DNA of 64,000 nucleotides from Oscillospiraceae bacterium. Its GTDB lineage: Bacteria; Bacillota; Clostridia; Monoglobales; Monoglobaceae. Below the pieces are notes generated by a model. The model was given only the letters and a program-made list of their open reading frames with translations, had not been told where the DNA came from and ran no database searches. The translations under genes and the position numbers were made by a program. Location: assembly GCA_015068655.1 (NCBI GenBank), contig SVKC01000004.1:104-64103 (forward strand), read 5' to 3'. Shown here one piece after another: positions 18,901 to 26,564 of this stretch; positions within the stretch are counted from its first letter, which is position 1, and every line of letters begins with the position of its first letter.

Positions 18901-20419
18901 TATTCACCAGAGCGTCACCCTTCTGTCCAAGTGATGAAGAAGGTACAATAGATATTTCATACTCTGTATTTCTTGAAAGGTTGCTGAGTGAGAATGACCG
19001 CACTGTACGCTTGTTTGCATCTGCTCTCCAGAAGTCATCCAGCTTTTTAATTGTTTTTGTTACGTTTCCTGTATTTTTGTTTGTAACCGTAATAGTGTAA
19101 AGATGTACAAAGGAATCCTGAAGACCTTCTGCCGATTCGCCATCCTTGTATGCAATGGGGAATGACACATTTGCTGTACTGTTTGTTATGTCTGAAACAG
19201 AAATTGCAGCATCCTCATTGAAGTACGGCTTGTTTTCTGTTGATTCTTTTGCTGTGGTGAATTTTGCACTTGTATACTTTGCATCAGCAACGCCGGGTGT
19301 AAATACAATGGGCTCACCAATATATTTTTTTGTCTTTACATCAAATCTGCGCAATGCAACTTCAGCACCGTTAGCTTCAAGAAGGATTGCGTGAGAAGCT
19401 GACTCATGGTATCTTGTAGCATCACTTGTCTCGGTCACTTCTTCGCTTGTGCCGTACTTGTGAGTTGAGCCTGCAGCTGCAGGAATATTTATATGAGTAG
19501 AACCGTTTTCAGCCTGCCAAATCAGTCTGGGGTCATTTGAAGGCAAATGAGCGTGTCCGCTTATTACCACAATTCTCGGATTGCTTAAAACAAACTGCTG
19601 AAATTCTGCAGAGTTTCTCATAGGTGAAGTGCTGCTGCCAACATATCCGGTTTGATCCATCATTTCGTGCTGAAGATAGAATACAGGCTTTGTTTCATCT
19701 GCCGCAAGCCCTGCTTCAAGAAGTGCTTTTGCCTGAGCTTCAAGGGCTGACATAACTGTTTTGTCAGCAGGATTCACATAGTTGTTGAGATAATCATAAG
19801 GCTCTGCTGTAACAAATGTATAACCATTTACTGTTGTGCTGTAGCAAGCATCATGACCGAAGAATTCTTCATAAAGTTCTACATTGTCAGCAACCTCTTG
19901 CTGCCATGTTCTGCCGTTGTCAAAGGTGGTAACACTGTTTTCATAAGCACCAAGAGTGATTTCATGGTTACCCATTGACCAGATAACCTTATTTTTATTT
20001 TCCGAATCGGTCTGTGCCTCTTTGCTGTAATCAAGAGCGGGGAAATCCTCTTTCATTTTGTCTATTACAGCCTGATATTTCACTTTGTCGTCCTGTGTTT
20101 TTTCCTGTGCCGGGTCAACATTGAAGATAACGTCTCCTGGCATTGCGAAAGCGTCCATATTTGAGTCTATAATTTTGTACGCTTCCATTACATCGCCAAC
20201 ACCTGCTTCTGCTGTTGTCCATATAGGATCTACAGTAACATGTGTGTCACCGAAAATACCAATACGTATATCCGCTTCAACATCTTCTCTTGAAGCTATC
20301 AAGGTTCCGTTCTCAACCGTTGTTTCAGATGCAAATACCAGATTTGCCGGAAGAATTGTGAATAACATTACAAGTGCAAGAATCCATGATGTGAGTTTTG
20401 AAAAATACTTTATTTTCAT
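15923..20419 (-). CDS. protein E: secreted calcineurin-like metallophosphoesterase + FN3 + two tandem [discoidin-discoidin-Ig] modules + C-terminal beta-sandwich
   Basis: Phosphoesterase motifs occur in order: GIFGDTHV, MPGDVIF, MGNHE, LQHEMM, SGHAHL. The ORF-track start is 20434. ATG at 20419 (MKIKYFSKLTSWILALVMLFTILPANLVFA) lies 7 nt after GAGGTG. Confidence 0.8.
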   Translation of the reverse strand: MKIKYFSKLTSWILALVMLFTILPANLVFASETTVENGTLIASREDVEADIRIGIFGDTHVTVDPIWTTAEAGVGDVMEAYKIIDSNMDAFAMPGDVIFNVDPAQEKTQDDKVKYQAVIDKMKEDFPALDYSKEAQTDSENKNKVIWSMGNHEITLGAYENSVTTFDNGRTWQQEVADNVELYEEFFGHDACYSTTVNGYTFVTAEPYDYLNNYVNPADKTVMSALEAQAKALLEAGLAADETKPVFYLQHEMMDQTGYVGSSTSPMRNSAEFQQFVLSNPRIVVISGHAHLPSNDPRLIWQAENGSTHINIPAAAGSTHKYGTSEEVTETSDATRYHESASHAILLEANGAEVALRRFDVKTKKYIGEPIVFTPGVADAKYTSAKFTTAKESTENKPYFNEDAAISVSDITNSTANVSFPIAYKDGESAEGLQDSFVHLYTITVTNKNTGNVTKTIKKLDDFWRADANKRTVRSFSLSNLSRNTEYEISIVPSSSLGQKGDALVNTFTTTNEKTAEELALTTKTDLKNVASGKTPTSTLSSASNLANIVDGDANTMHSGTYNSGDYILFDLGRRYNIEKIVLNAYNSGSGAKRGFVLEASNDPAFPEGKTDKLYECAHNVNSNEDFDGNNNLTLNFSGSNDYRYLRYRRTVDGWYIYVGEFQVYAREYITEVSRNKPVEANISGYNSTNPASYAVNGKSDKGWWSAYPGEGSGKFKAFGTDEILDYLVVDLEASLPVSLIEIEYPKGIADNTASRQGWSVYGSTELPEKASSTGTNVVTYRPDMVTSTMPSMFTQLCSTGTGYYLPQYGTTPLKMKSNLADTVGYVKQNVNTAGNAYRYITFKKLNKNIAQLGEVRAFVTNPTLNSVKINGDAINLSFSDAMDTATLTSDNIKIYNTSGVEIENAVLTPSADGYEAAVTNAPDAQKVEISYNLKSAANVEIAGTLTRYIAKDVNLEGKPIINEENVNIAMGKQVTVSGITEENYSNGGAGVVDGSASSNLYGSFTASSSITIDLENRYNIERIVLKNPTNGNQTGQMYEIQLSNDESFAEYDVAHHVGGLVGDAFDAVAGGADITLDGTKDYRYVRYQKTAACWGGIEEIEVYADRSLMEISRNATAVANAEYASTYGAQNIVDGKNAAVTDGWTTGWPKDSSDIVNPWLYVDLGASYPITRIEMESLYSENPFNAGGGSERRFWNVYGSKTMNTDDLLLENDSGVHATIAKIGDGYDLLGTVKTGYMPYYNEGQNNDTYYTFAEAQNSGANTNGILRDDVSGEYRYITFQKAYKGLAGLGEVRVYTPAAQANSVRLNGNEITVSFSDKMFPENINSETVVLKDASGNVLSQNNGYAEDYEYTFTTDELKPATTYYLTVSSAIKSLSSMPISAKTITFTTPAYVTLSEVSVSDANGEAPTLKANTAYTLTAKMASTFETKTPVMVVIAEKDASHRLVKAYTASAEATAKGTSTLTVPFTTGETVGSIIEVYVWDETTLEPYSVKVTK

Positions 20420-20473
20420 AATTTTACACCTCATTATAAATTTTTACTTTGCGGAAAGAATAATTTTCATCTC

Positions 20474-22216
20474 CTATCGGATTGTTTTATGATTAACCCA
20501 AGGTTTCATAAAATCATAATCTTTCCATATAAATGTTGCCAAACGGCAGTTTTCTCCATCTTCTATGTCAAAGCCGCACACAATAGTTGTGGGCTCTGCA
20601 AGAGGAAGTAAGGTTGCGCGCACTTCATTTATTTGAGTTACTGTATTGTTTTGGTCAAACAAAACCGTAAGAACAATTATATCCTCACTTTTCTCTGTCA
20701 TGTTGTTCTTCACAGTAACATATGCTCCTGCTTCCGTAACCCCGTCCAGCGAAGTAATTTCATTTCCTTCGCCCTCTTTTTTATCCTGAATTTTGAATTC
20801 ACGAACCTCTATGGCAGGCGGTGAAACGAGATTCAAGGTTGTCTCGGTCGCCAACCCCACTTCCTTCAGATTTTGTGCATCTTCGGAAATCACAACCCTT
20901 ACCTTTGAGTCAAAATAAGTTTTGTCAAGCTTGAGCGTCATTGTATATGCATCAGGGAACGCCGCATCAACCTCAAGCTTTTCGTCGCCAACAAAAACTG
21001 TAACACTGTTTTCATTGAGAGTTGCCGTGTCCATTTCATCGCTGAAATTCACTACCACTGTATCACCCGCAATCTCCGCACTGTTCACCTGAGGATGAAC
21101 TACATAAAGTGAAAATGTAGAAAGAGATGCACCAAGAGACATATAATGCTTGTATGTAATATAACGATATGCTTCTGTATCGTCTACTGTAGACTGGAAC
21201 TTGCCGGGCTTGCCATTCACATCTTCTGTACCCTCAGGAATCCATAATGACGGGAATACCATCTCTCCGTCAACCGGATTATCTGCTCCCACCTGAGCAA
21301 GCTTCTTAAAGCCCAGTTCTTCTGCCTCGGCATCTGCGGGAGGAGCACTGTATGGGTCAAAAATTGTATTATCCGTAGCATCCGTATTGCTTCCGTAAAG
21401 CTTTATATACTTTTTGCCCCATATATCTCCCATGCTTTCGTCTGCTGACATATCACGGGGAGTCATTTCTATCATACCTATATGATAGGGTTTGCCAAGG
21501 TCTACTCTGTAATATCTGTAAGCTGAACCGTCTTCAAGCCAGGAGGTTGATGTTTCACCGTCAAACGCAGCCTCAGGCGGTGCAAAATCATATATCCAAT
21601 GACTGTTGTCATTGAGAGCATCTGTTATGATTTTGTCTGCCTTTGTGCCTCTTGCAACATCAGTCACCGTCTGGTTTGCCCACACTTTTATTTCTGCGTA
21701 CTGATAATCACCCGATGCTGTTTTCTGAAACCTGATATATCGGTATGCATCCTCGCCGTCCAATTCAATTGTAAATGCCCCGCCATGGGGAAAAAGAGTG
21801 TCATCAGTTGAACCGAGACTTCCAAGAGTTACAGCATCAGAAAAATCCTCATTATTTGCACCGATAATATCAAAGTTTGCTCTTCCTGTGCTCATATCAT
21901 TGTCGTGACGGTCAAAAACCTCAATCTTTTCAACCTTGCATCTTCTAAGCAGGTCAATGGTAAAAGCTTCCTGACCCGCTACGTCCGGTCCGAATTCAGA
22001 AACGGTAAATGTATTCCTGTCACCGTCTGTGAGATTTGTTATTTCCCAACCCTCAATGGTATGAGTATGGGGATGGCTTGACACAATCGGTTTACATTCA
22101 GCCACATTTACAAGCTCTGTCTTCGATACAGGATACGATTCCGCCAAAGCAACTGTTTGCGGTAACGAAAAAAGCAAAGCCAGCGATACAGCTGATAAAA
22201 ATTTAAAATGTTTCAA
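20474..22216 (-). CDS. protein F: secreted 2x discoidin + Ig-like + beta-sandwich protein; paralogue of the N-terminal 580 aa of protein A
   Basis: TTG start and signal peptide (KHFKFLSAVSLALLFSLPQTVALA). Long colinear identity with A, for example FTIDLLRRCKVEKIEVFDR vs FTIDLLRRYKVQKIELFDR, and GDYQYAEIKVWANQT identical in both. Confidence 0.85.
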   Translation of the reverse strand: MKHFKFLSAVSLALLFSLPQTVALAESYPVSKTELVNVAECKPIVSSHPHTHTIEGWEITNLTDGDRNTFTVSEFGPDVAGQEAFTIDLLRRCKVEKIEVFDRHDNDMSTGRANFDIIGANNEDFSDAVTLGSLGSTDDTLFPHGGAFTIELDGEDAYRYIRFQKTASGDYQYAEIKVWANQTVTDVARGTKADKIITDALNDNSHWIYDFAPPEAAFDGETSTSWLEDGSAYRYYRVDLGKPYHIGMIEMTPRDMSADESMGDIWGKKYIKLYGSNTDATDNTIFDPYSAPPADAEAEELGFKKLAQVGADNPVDGEMVFPSLWIPEGTEDVNGKPGKFQSTVDDTEAYRYITYKHYMSLGASLSTFSLYVVHPQVNSAEIAGDTVVVNFSDEMDTATLNENSVTVFVGDEKLEVDAAFPDAYTMTLKLDKTYFDSKVRVVISEDAQNLKEVGLATETTLNLVSPPAIEVREFKIQDKKEGEGNEITSLDGVTEAGAYVTVKNNMTEKSEDIIVLTVLFDQNNTVTQINEVRATLLPLAEPTTIVCGFDIEDGENCRLATFIWKDYDFMKPWVNHKTIR

Positions 22217-22236
22217 GTGAGATACATTCCTTTCCG

Positions 22237-24048
22237 TTATTTAAGTGTTTCTTTTGCAATCTTTGTCATGTCCTCTGCCATCTTGTCAACGTCAACAATA
22301 TCCTTCATATTTTTGATTGCAGCTTCCCATTTTTTATCAAACTCTTCGTCAGATTTTGCAACAAGCGTAAGCTTAAAGGGATCTTCCCACTGTGAACGTG
22401 ATGACCAGAATTTTATAACAGTATCAAGCTCTGCATACTCTGCAGCCCATACATCTGACGGAGGTGCAGGCACAGGAGTTACAACATGCTCACTGTCAGG
22501 ACTGAATTTTCCTCCGTCCTCGGGAACCATACCATAAGTTGCAACCTTGTTGTATATCATCGGATTCCATTTGCTGTTAAGCTTAAATTTCATAGTGAAT
22601 GGTCCGCAGGTTGTATCAAGACCCATACAATCTTCATCGTTCAGATTATTTTCCTGATGGTAAATATATTTTTTGTTGAACTCGTCATTCACAAAAGTTC
22701 TTGTACCATCCTCATTCTCTACATAAAGCCCCGCGTCCTTTGGACCCCAGTTGCGGATTTCCTCCCATTCATCGGTAAACTGCACATTCATCCAGTTAAG
22801 TATCTGGGGAAGGTCTTCTTCCTTCACCGTCTTCAAGATACCTACAGAATCACCCCATGAAAGCGGCTGCTCGGTTACATCATAACCTTCTGCAGTTTTA
22901 ACCTTTGTGTAAAGCGGTCTGTAACGGAAATCTTTGCCGGATTTTGCAATTGTGTCATTTACAAACGGAGGATGCCCTGCTGCTGAAATAATTGCCATTG
23001 CATACTGACCGTTCAACACCTTCTCCTTGAACTGTGCATCTGTATGTACCAAGCTGTCCGGATCAATTATACCTTCTCTCAAAAGCTGATTTTGAAGAAG
23101 AGCACCTTCCTTTACAACATCATCAAGAAGCGGAATTATAATTTTTTCATTTTTTGTATCCCACGAAGAAATATAATGATGTCCCACATATCCCATAAGC
23201 TGTGCACCAAGAAGTGCAAGAGGCTGCCAGCAGTCAGCACCGGCATAACCGAATGTATACACATCCTTCTTTCCTACCTTCAAATCGAGAGCATCAATAT
23301 CCTTCATAAGCTTAACTACATCCTCTGTGCTCTCAATGGGTACATCATATATGTAGTCACCAATAGGCTTACCCTCTTTTTCAAGAAGCTCAAGCATATC
23401 ATTATAGCTCAACGCATCAGGATAGAGCATCTGTAAAATATCGTCTCTTATCCATATTGATGTTCCCACATCAGTATAAACCTTTCCCGATGCAGCAATT
23501 TCTTCGTCTGAAATATCCGGGTCTATTCTTCTGTCCACAGGGAAGTTATATGGAACGCCATATATTTTTCCGTTGACCTTCATTCTTTCCCACATTGCCT
23601 GAGGAACACTTTCCCAAACATCCGGTGCATACTTTTGAAGCATTTCAGGAGTCAACTCCCAGATTTTGTCTGCTTCAGCAATCTTTGCAAAGTGTGCGGG
23701 ACCCTGACCGCCGCCGCAAGCTACAAGCTCGGGGAAGTTATTTCCTGCAATAAGTCTTGCAAGCACGCCTTCCCACTGACCGCCGCCGTTGCCGTAAGTG
23801 TTTTTAATCTTTACCCTCGTCTTGTCCTGAAGCCACTGACCTACAAGATTTTCCTTTGCCTCAACAGGCGGAACATAGTCAGAGCCCTGTGTAACCCATA
23901 CAGTTATATCCATATCTTTTTGGGGAACAAATTTTCCGTCCTGAGTAAGCACCGATGATGTCTTTTCTTCTTTTTTGCAAGCAGAAAGACCGCCAAGCAA
24001 AAAGCATGCCACAAGAATTCCTGAAATGATTTTTTTCAGCTGTTTCAT
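22237..24048 (-). CDS. extracellular solute-binding lipoprotein of a carbohydrate ABC transporter (LplA-like)
   Basis: 603 aa. Lipobox LSAC after a hydrophobic leader (MKQLKKIISGILVACFLLGGLSAC). AGGAGG RBS. Adjacent to two permease genes. Confidence 0.85.
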   Translation of the reverse strand: MKQLKKIISGILVACFLLGGLSACKKEEKTSSVLTQDGKFVPQKDMDITVWVTQGSDYVPPVEAKENLVGQWLQDKTRVKIKNTYGNGGGQWEGVLARLIAGNNFPELVACGGGQGPAHFAKIAEADKIWELTPEMLQKYAPDVWESVPQAMWERMKVNGKIYGVPYNFPVDRRIDPDISDEEIAASGKVYTDVGTSIWIRDDILQMLYPDALSYNDMLELLEKEGKPIGDYIYDVPIESTEDVVKLMKDIDALDLKVGKKDVYTFGYAGADCWQPLALLGAQLMGYVGHHYISSWDTKNEKIIIPLLDDVVKEGALLQNQLLREGIIDPDSLVHTDAQFKEKVLNGQYAMAIISAAGHPPFVNDTIAKSGKDFRYRPLYTKVKTAEGYDVTEQPLSWGDSVGILKTVKEEDLPQILNWMNVQFTDEWEEIRNWGPKDAGLYVENEDGTRTFVNDEFNKKYIYHQENNLNDEDCMGLDTTCGPFTMKFKLNSKWNPMIYNKVATYGMVPEDGGKFSPDSEHVVTPVPAPPSDVWAAEYAELDTVIKFWSSRSQWEDPFKLTLVAKSDEEFDKKWEAAIKNMKDIVDVDKMAEDMTKIAKETLK

Positions 24049-24084
24049 AAAAAATTCCTCCTATTTATTATAAAAATTTTTATA

Positions 24085-24978
24085 TTAATCTTTAACCGCT
24101 CCGATTGCTACGCCCTTAACAAAATATTTCTGCAGAAACGGGTATGTGCAAATAATTGGCAATGTTGAAAAAATAATTGCCGCAGCTTTCACCGATTCTG
24201 AAGTCGGTCTTGCGCGTACAGTGGTTGAACCTCCCGTGAGTGCTGAATCATTTACCATTTTCTGCACCACTTCGCTTTGTTTTATTATCTGCTGTATAAT
24301 ATACTGAAGTTTGAAAAGTGAAGGTTCGTTTACGTAGTAAAGTGTAGTTGTCCAGTCGTTCCATGATGCAACCATTGTCCATAGAGCAACTGTCGCAAGA
24401 ACAGGTTTGCAAAGAGGTAATATTACCTTGTAAAGTATCTGCATTTCGTTGGCACCCTCAATATATGCCGCTTCTTCCAGAGCAACAGGCAGTGAGTTCA
24501 AAAACGTTCTTATAATAATAACATTATAGAATGTAAATGCCGATGGCAGTATGTAAACCAAGATATTATTTATAAGATGCAAATACCTGAACAATATGAA
24601 TGTAGGTATTACACCTGCATTTATATAGCTGGGCAGAAGAAGAATCCATATAATAGCATTTCTGAACGGTAAATCCTTCTTTTTTATTGCATAAGCCGCC
24701 CCAACACAAACTACCAGCGTGAAAACCGTGGAACAGATAACAGTTATTACTGTAACCAAGGTCGAACGAATCAGCGATTCATTGGAAAAGATGGTATCAT
24801 AATTCGACCATGTCCACTTTCTCGGGAAAATCGTAATACCGCCCAACATAGTATCGGTACCGTCATTAAGTGATATTGCAAGCTGATTGAGATACGGATA
24901 TATCATAATAACACACATAAGCACCATAAACACAACCAAAAATACATCAAATATTCTTTCTCCAAAACTTCTTTTCAC
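24085..24978 (-). CDS. carbohydrate ABC transporter permease (LplC/YtcP-like)
   Basis: Six predicted TM segments. EAA loop LEEAAYIEGANEMQILYKVILP. GTG start 6 nt after GGGGGTG. Confidence 0.9.
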   Translation of the reverse strand: MKRSFGERIFDVFLVVFMVLMCVIMIYPYLNQLAISLNDGTDTMLGGITIFPRKWTWSNYDTIFSNESLIRSTLVTVITVICSTVFTLVVCVGAAYAIKKKDLPFRNAIIWILLLPSYINAGVIPTFILFRYLHLINNILVYILPSAFTFYNVIIIRTFLNSLPVALEEAAYIEGANEMQILYKVILPLCKPVLATVALWTMVASWNDWTTTLYYVNEPSLFKLQYIIQQIIKQSEVVQKMVNDSALTGGSTTVRARPTSESVKAAAIIFSTLPIICTYPFLQKYFVKGVAIGAVKD

Positions 24979-24991
24979 TCAAGACACCCCC

Positions 24992-25951
24992 TTACCATAT
25001 TCCAACACCGCTGACACGTTTTACAATAAAGTTCGTTATGCACACCAGTGCAAAGGATACAGCACCCTGGAACATTCCGAACGCCGTTGAAAGCGAATAT
25101 TCAGCATTCAATATACCCTGTCTGTAAACAAGAGTGTTTATAACCTCTGTTTCTTCCTGAATATAAATGTTCTGGAAACCGAAAACCTGTTCGAAATTAA
25201 GTGTAACAAGGCTGGCAGTATTCATTATGAATATTATTGCTATTGTGGGAAGCAGGCACGGTATCGTAATATACAAAACCTGCTTAAACCTGTTGCATCC
25301 GTCAACCATAGCCGCTTCGTACAACGTCGGGTCAATGCCCGTTATTGCAGCAAGGAATATAATTGAGTTCCAACCGATGTTTTTCCATATATTTGTCCAG
25401 AAAAGTATTCCAAGAAAGTTATCCGCATCCGTAAGAATATTTTTCGCTTCATAAGATTCTCCGACAATTGCCGCCATAAACGAATTATATGTACCGTCAA
25501 GGGCAAAAAATGCCGAAAACATACCTACTACCGATATCCACGACAAAAAGTACGGCAAATAGCTTATAGTCTGAACAACTCTTTTGAATTTAATCATTCT
25601 CAGCTCATTAAACAAAAGAGCAAGAATTATTGGAAACGGCATTCCCAAAAACAACTGAACACTGCTATATTTAACAGTATTTATTATGGCTTTTGTAAAC
25701 TTCGGCATAGTAAATATTTTCACAAAATTATCAAAGCCGACAAATTCACTCGCCGTTATTCCCCCTATTATGTCATAATCCTGAAATGCTATTACAAGAC
25801 CGAACATAGGCAGATAACAGAACACCAAAACCAAAATCAGCGCCGGAGCAAGAATCAAATACAGAAACCTGTACTTTTTCATTCGTGAAAGCAGGCTTTT
25901 TGAGCCAAGACGCTCTTGCGTCTCTTCTTTCTTTCTGTTTAGTGCGTTCAA
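24992..25951 (-). CDS. carbohydrate ABC transporter permease (LplB/YteP-like)
   Basis: Polytopic membrane protein. EAA loop YEAAMVDGCNRFKQVLYITIP. TTG start after GGGGTGG. First gene of the operon. Confidence 0.9.
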   Translation of the reverse strand: MNALNRKKEETQERLGSKSLLSRMKKYRFLYLILAPALILVLVFCYLPMFGLVIAFQDYDIIGGITASEFVGFDNFVKIFTMPKFTKAIINTVKYSSVQLFLGMPFPIILALLFNELRMIKFKRVVQTISYLPYFLSWISVVGMFSAFFALDGTYNSFMAAIVGESYEAKNILTDADNFLGILFWTNIWKNIGWNSIIFLAAITGIDPTLYEAAMVDGCNRFKQVLYITIPCLLPTIAIIFIMNTASLVTLNFEQVFGFQNIYIQEETEVINTLVYRQGILNAEYSLSTAFGMFQGAVSFALVCITNFIVKRVSGVGIW

Positions 25952-26114
25952 TATACCACCCCATTAATATTTTATCATATATAAATTTTAACATTTTTTC
26001 TTCTTTTTTTAAACTACACAATGTTATCAAAACGCACCAAAATATTATTTTTTTTATAAACACCGATGCGAAATAAAGGAAGTTATGTGCACTATTACTT
26101 TTAATTACCAATTA

Positions 26115-26168
26115 TTATAAAAAATACAACAAGGACAGCTTCCTGTTCAATACAGGAGTCTGTCCTTG
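26115..26168 (-). terminator. rho-independent terminator-like hairpin (looks bidirectional)
   Basis: CAAGGACAGCTTCCTG-N7-CAGGAG.CTGTCCTTG. It is followed by a T-run on the minus strand (TTGTATTTTTT) and by CTGTTTTCTT on the plus strand. It insulates the S-layer/REP region from the ABC operon promoter. Confidence 0.65.
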
Positions 26169-26172
26169 CTGT

Positions 26173-26492
26173 TTTCTTATTGACCTGCCAGTCGTGCGTA
26201 TTTTTACTTGCTACCCATAAATGGGTTATCTGGTTGCAGGCTTCTCCTTGAGGAGAAGCTGTCACGAAGTGACTGATGAGGTGTCGTAGGAGTGAGGTTC
26301 CATCCCCACCCGTTTATTCGGGAGGGCACCGAGACCCTCCCCTACAATACCGCCTCTTCCGAGTTTTGCTGTGCAAAACCCACCTTCCCCTCAAGTAAAC
26401 ACGATTATATTGTGTTTTTACAAACAACCCTTCCGTCACGCTTCGCGTGCCACCTTCCCTTACACAGGGAAGGCTTTTCCACAATATGCATC
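26173..26492. repeat. cluster of GC-rich REP-like double-hairpin units (3 units plus one TGTAGGGG-hairpin unit)
   Basis: Units lie at ~26241-26283 (+), 26353-26395 (-) and 26428-26476 (-), with a TGTAGGGGAGGG-N8-CCCTCCC unit at 26320-26346 (-). Stems include CCTTCCCT/AGGGAAGG, GTCAC-gaa-GTGAC and CACGC-gaa-GCGTG. The same architecture occurs at 63470-63510. Confidence 0.7.
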
Positions 26493-26523
26493 AAAAAAAG
26501 AGAGAAGCCATTTGGCTTCTCTC
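26493..26523 (-). terminator. rho-independent terminator of the S-layer gene
   Basis: On the minus strand, GAGAGAAGCC-aaat-GGCTTCTCTC is followed by TTTTTTT, about 40 nt after the stop at 26565. Confidence 0.9.
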
Positions 26524-26564
26524 CTAAATTATTAAGTTCTTTTCAGATACTCAAGTCAGATAAA

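Noticed and set aside
3143-22216. Cellulosome-type (dockerin/cohesin), LPXTG sortase or lipoprotein anchoring of proteins A, D, E and F
   Set aside because: I read the C-termini and linkers. There are no duplicated Ca-binding dockerin loops, no LPXTG with a hydrophobic tail, and no lipobox after the signal peptides.
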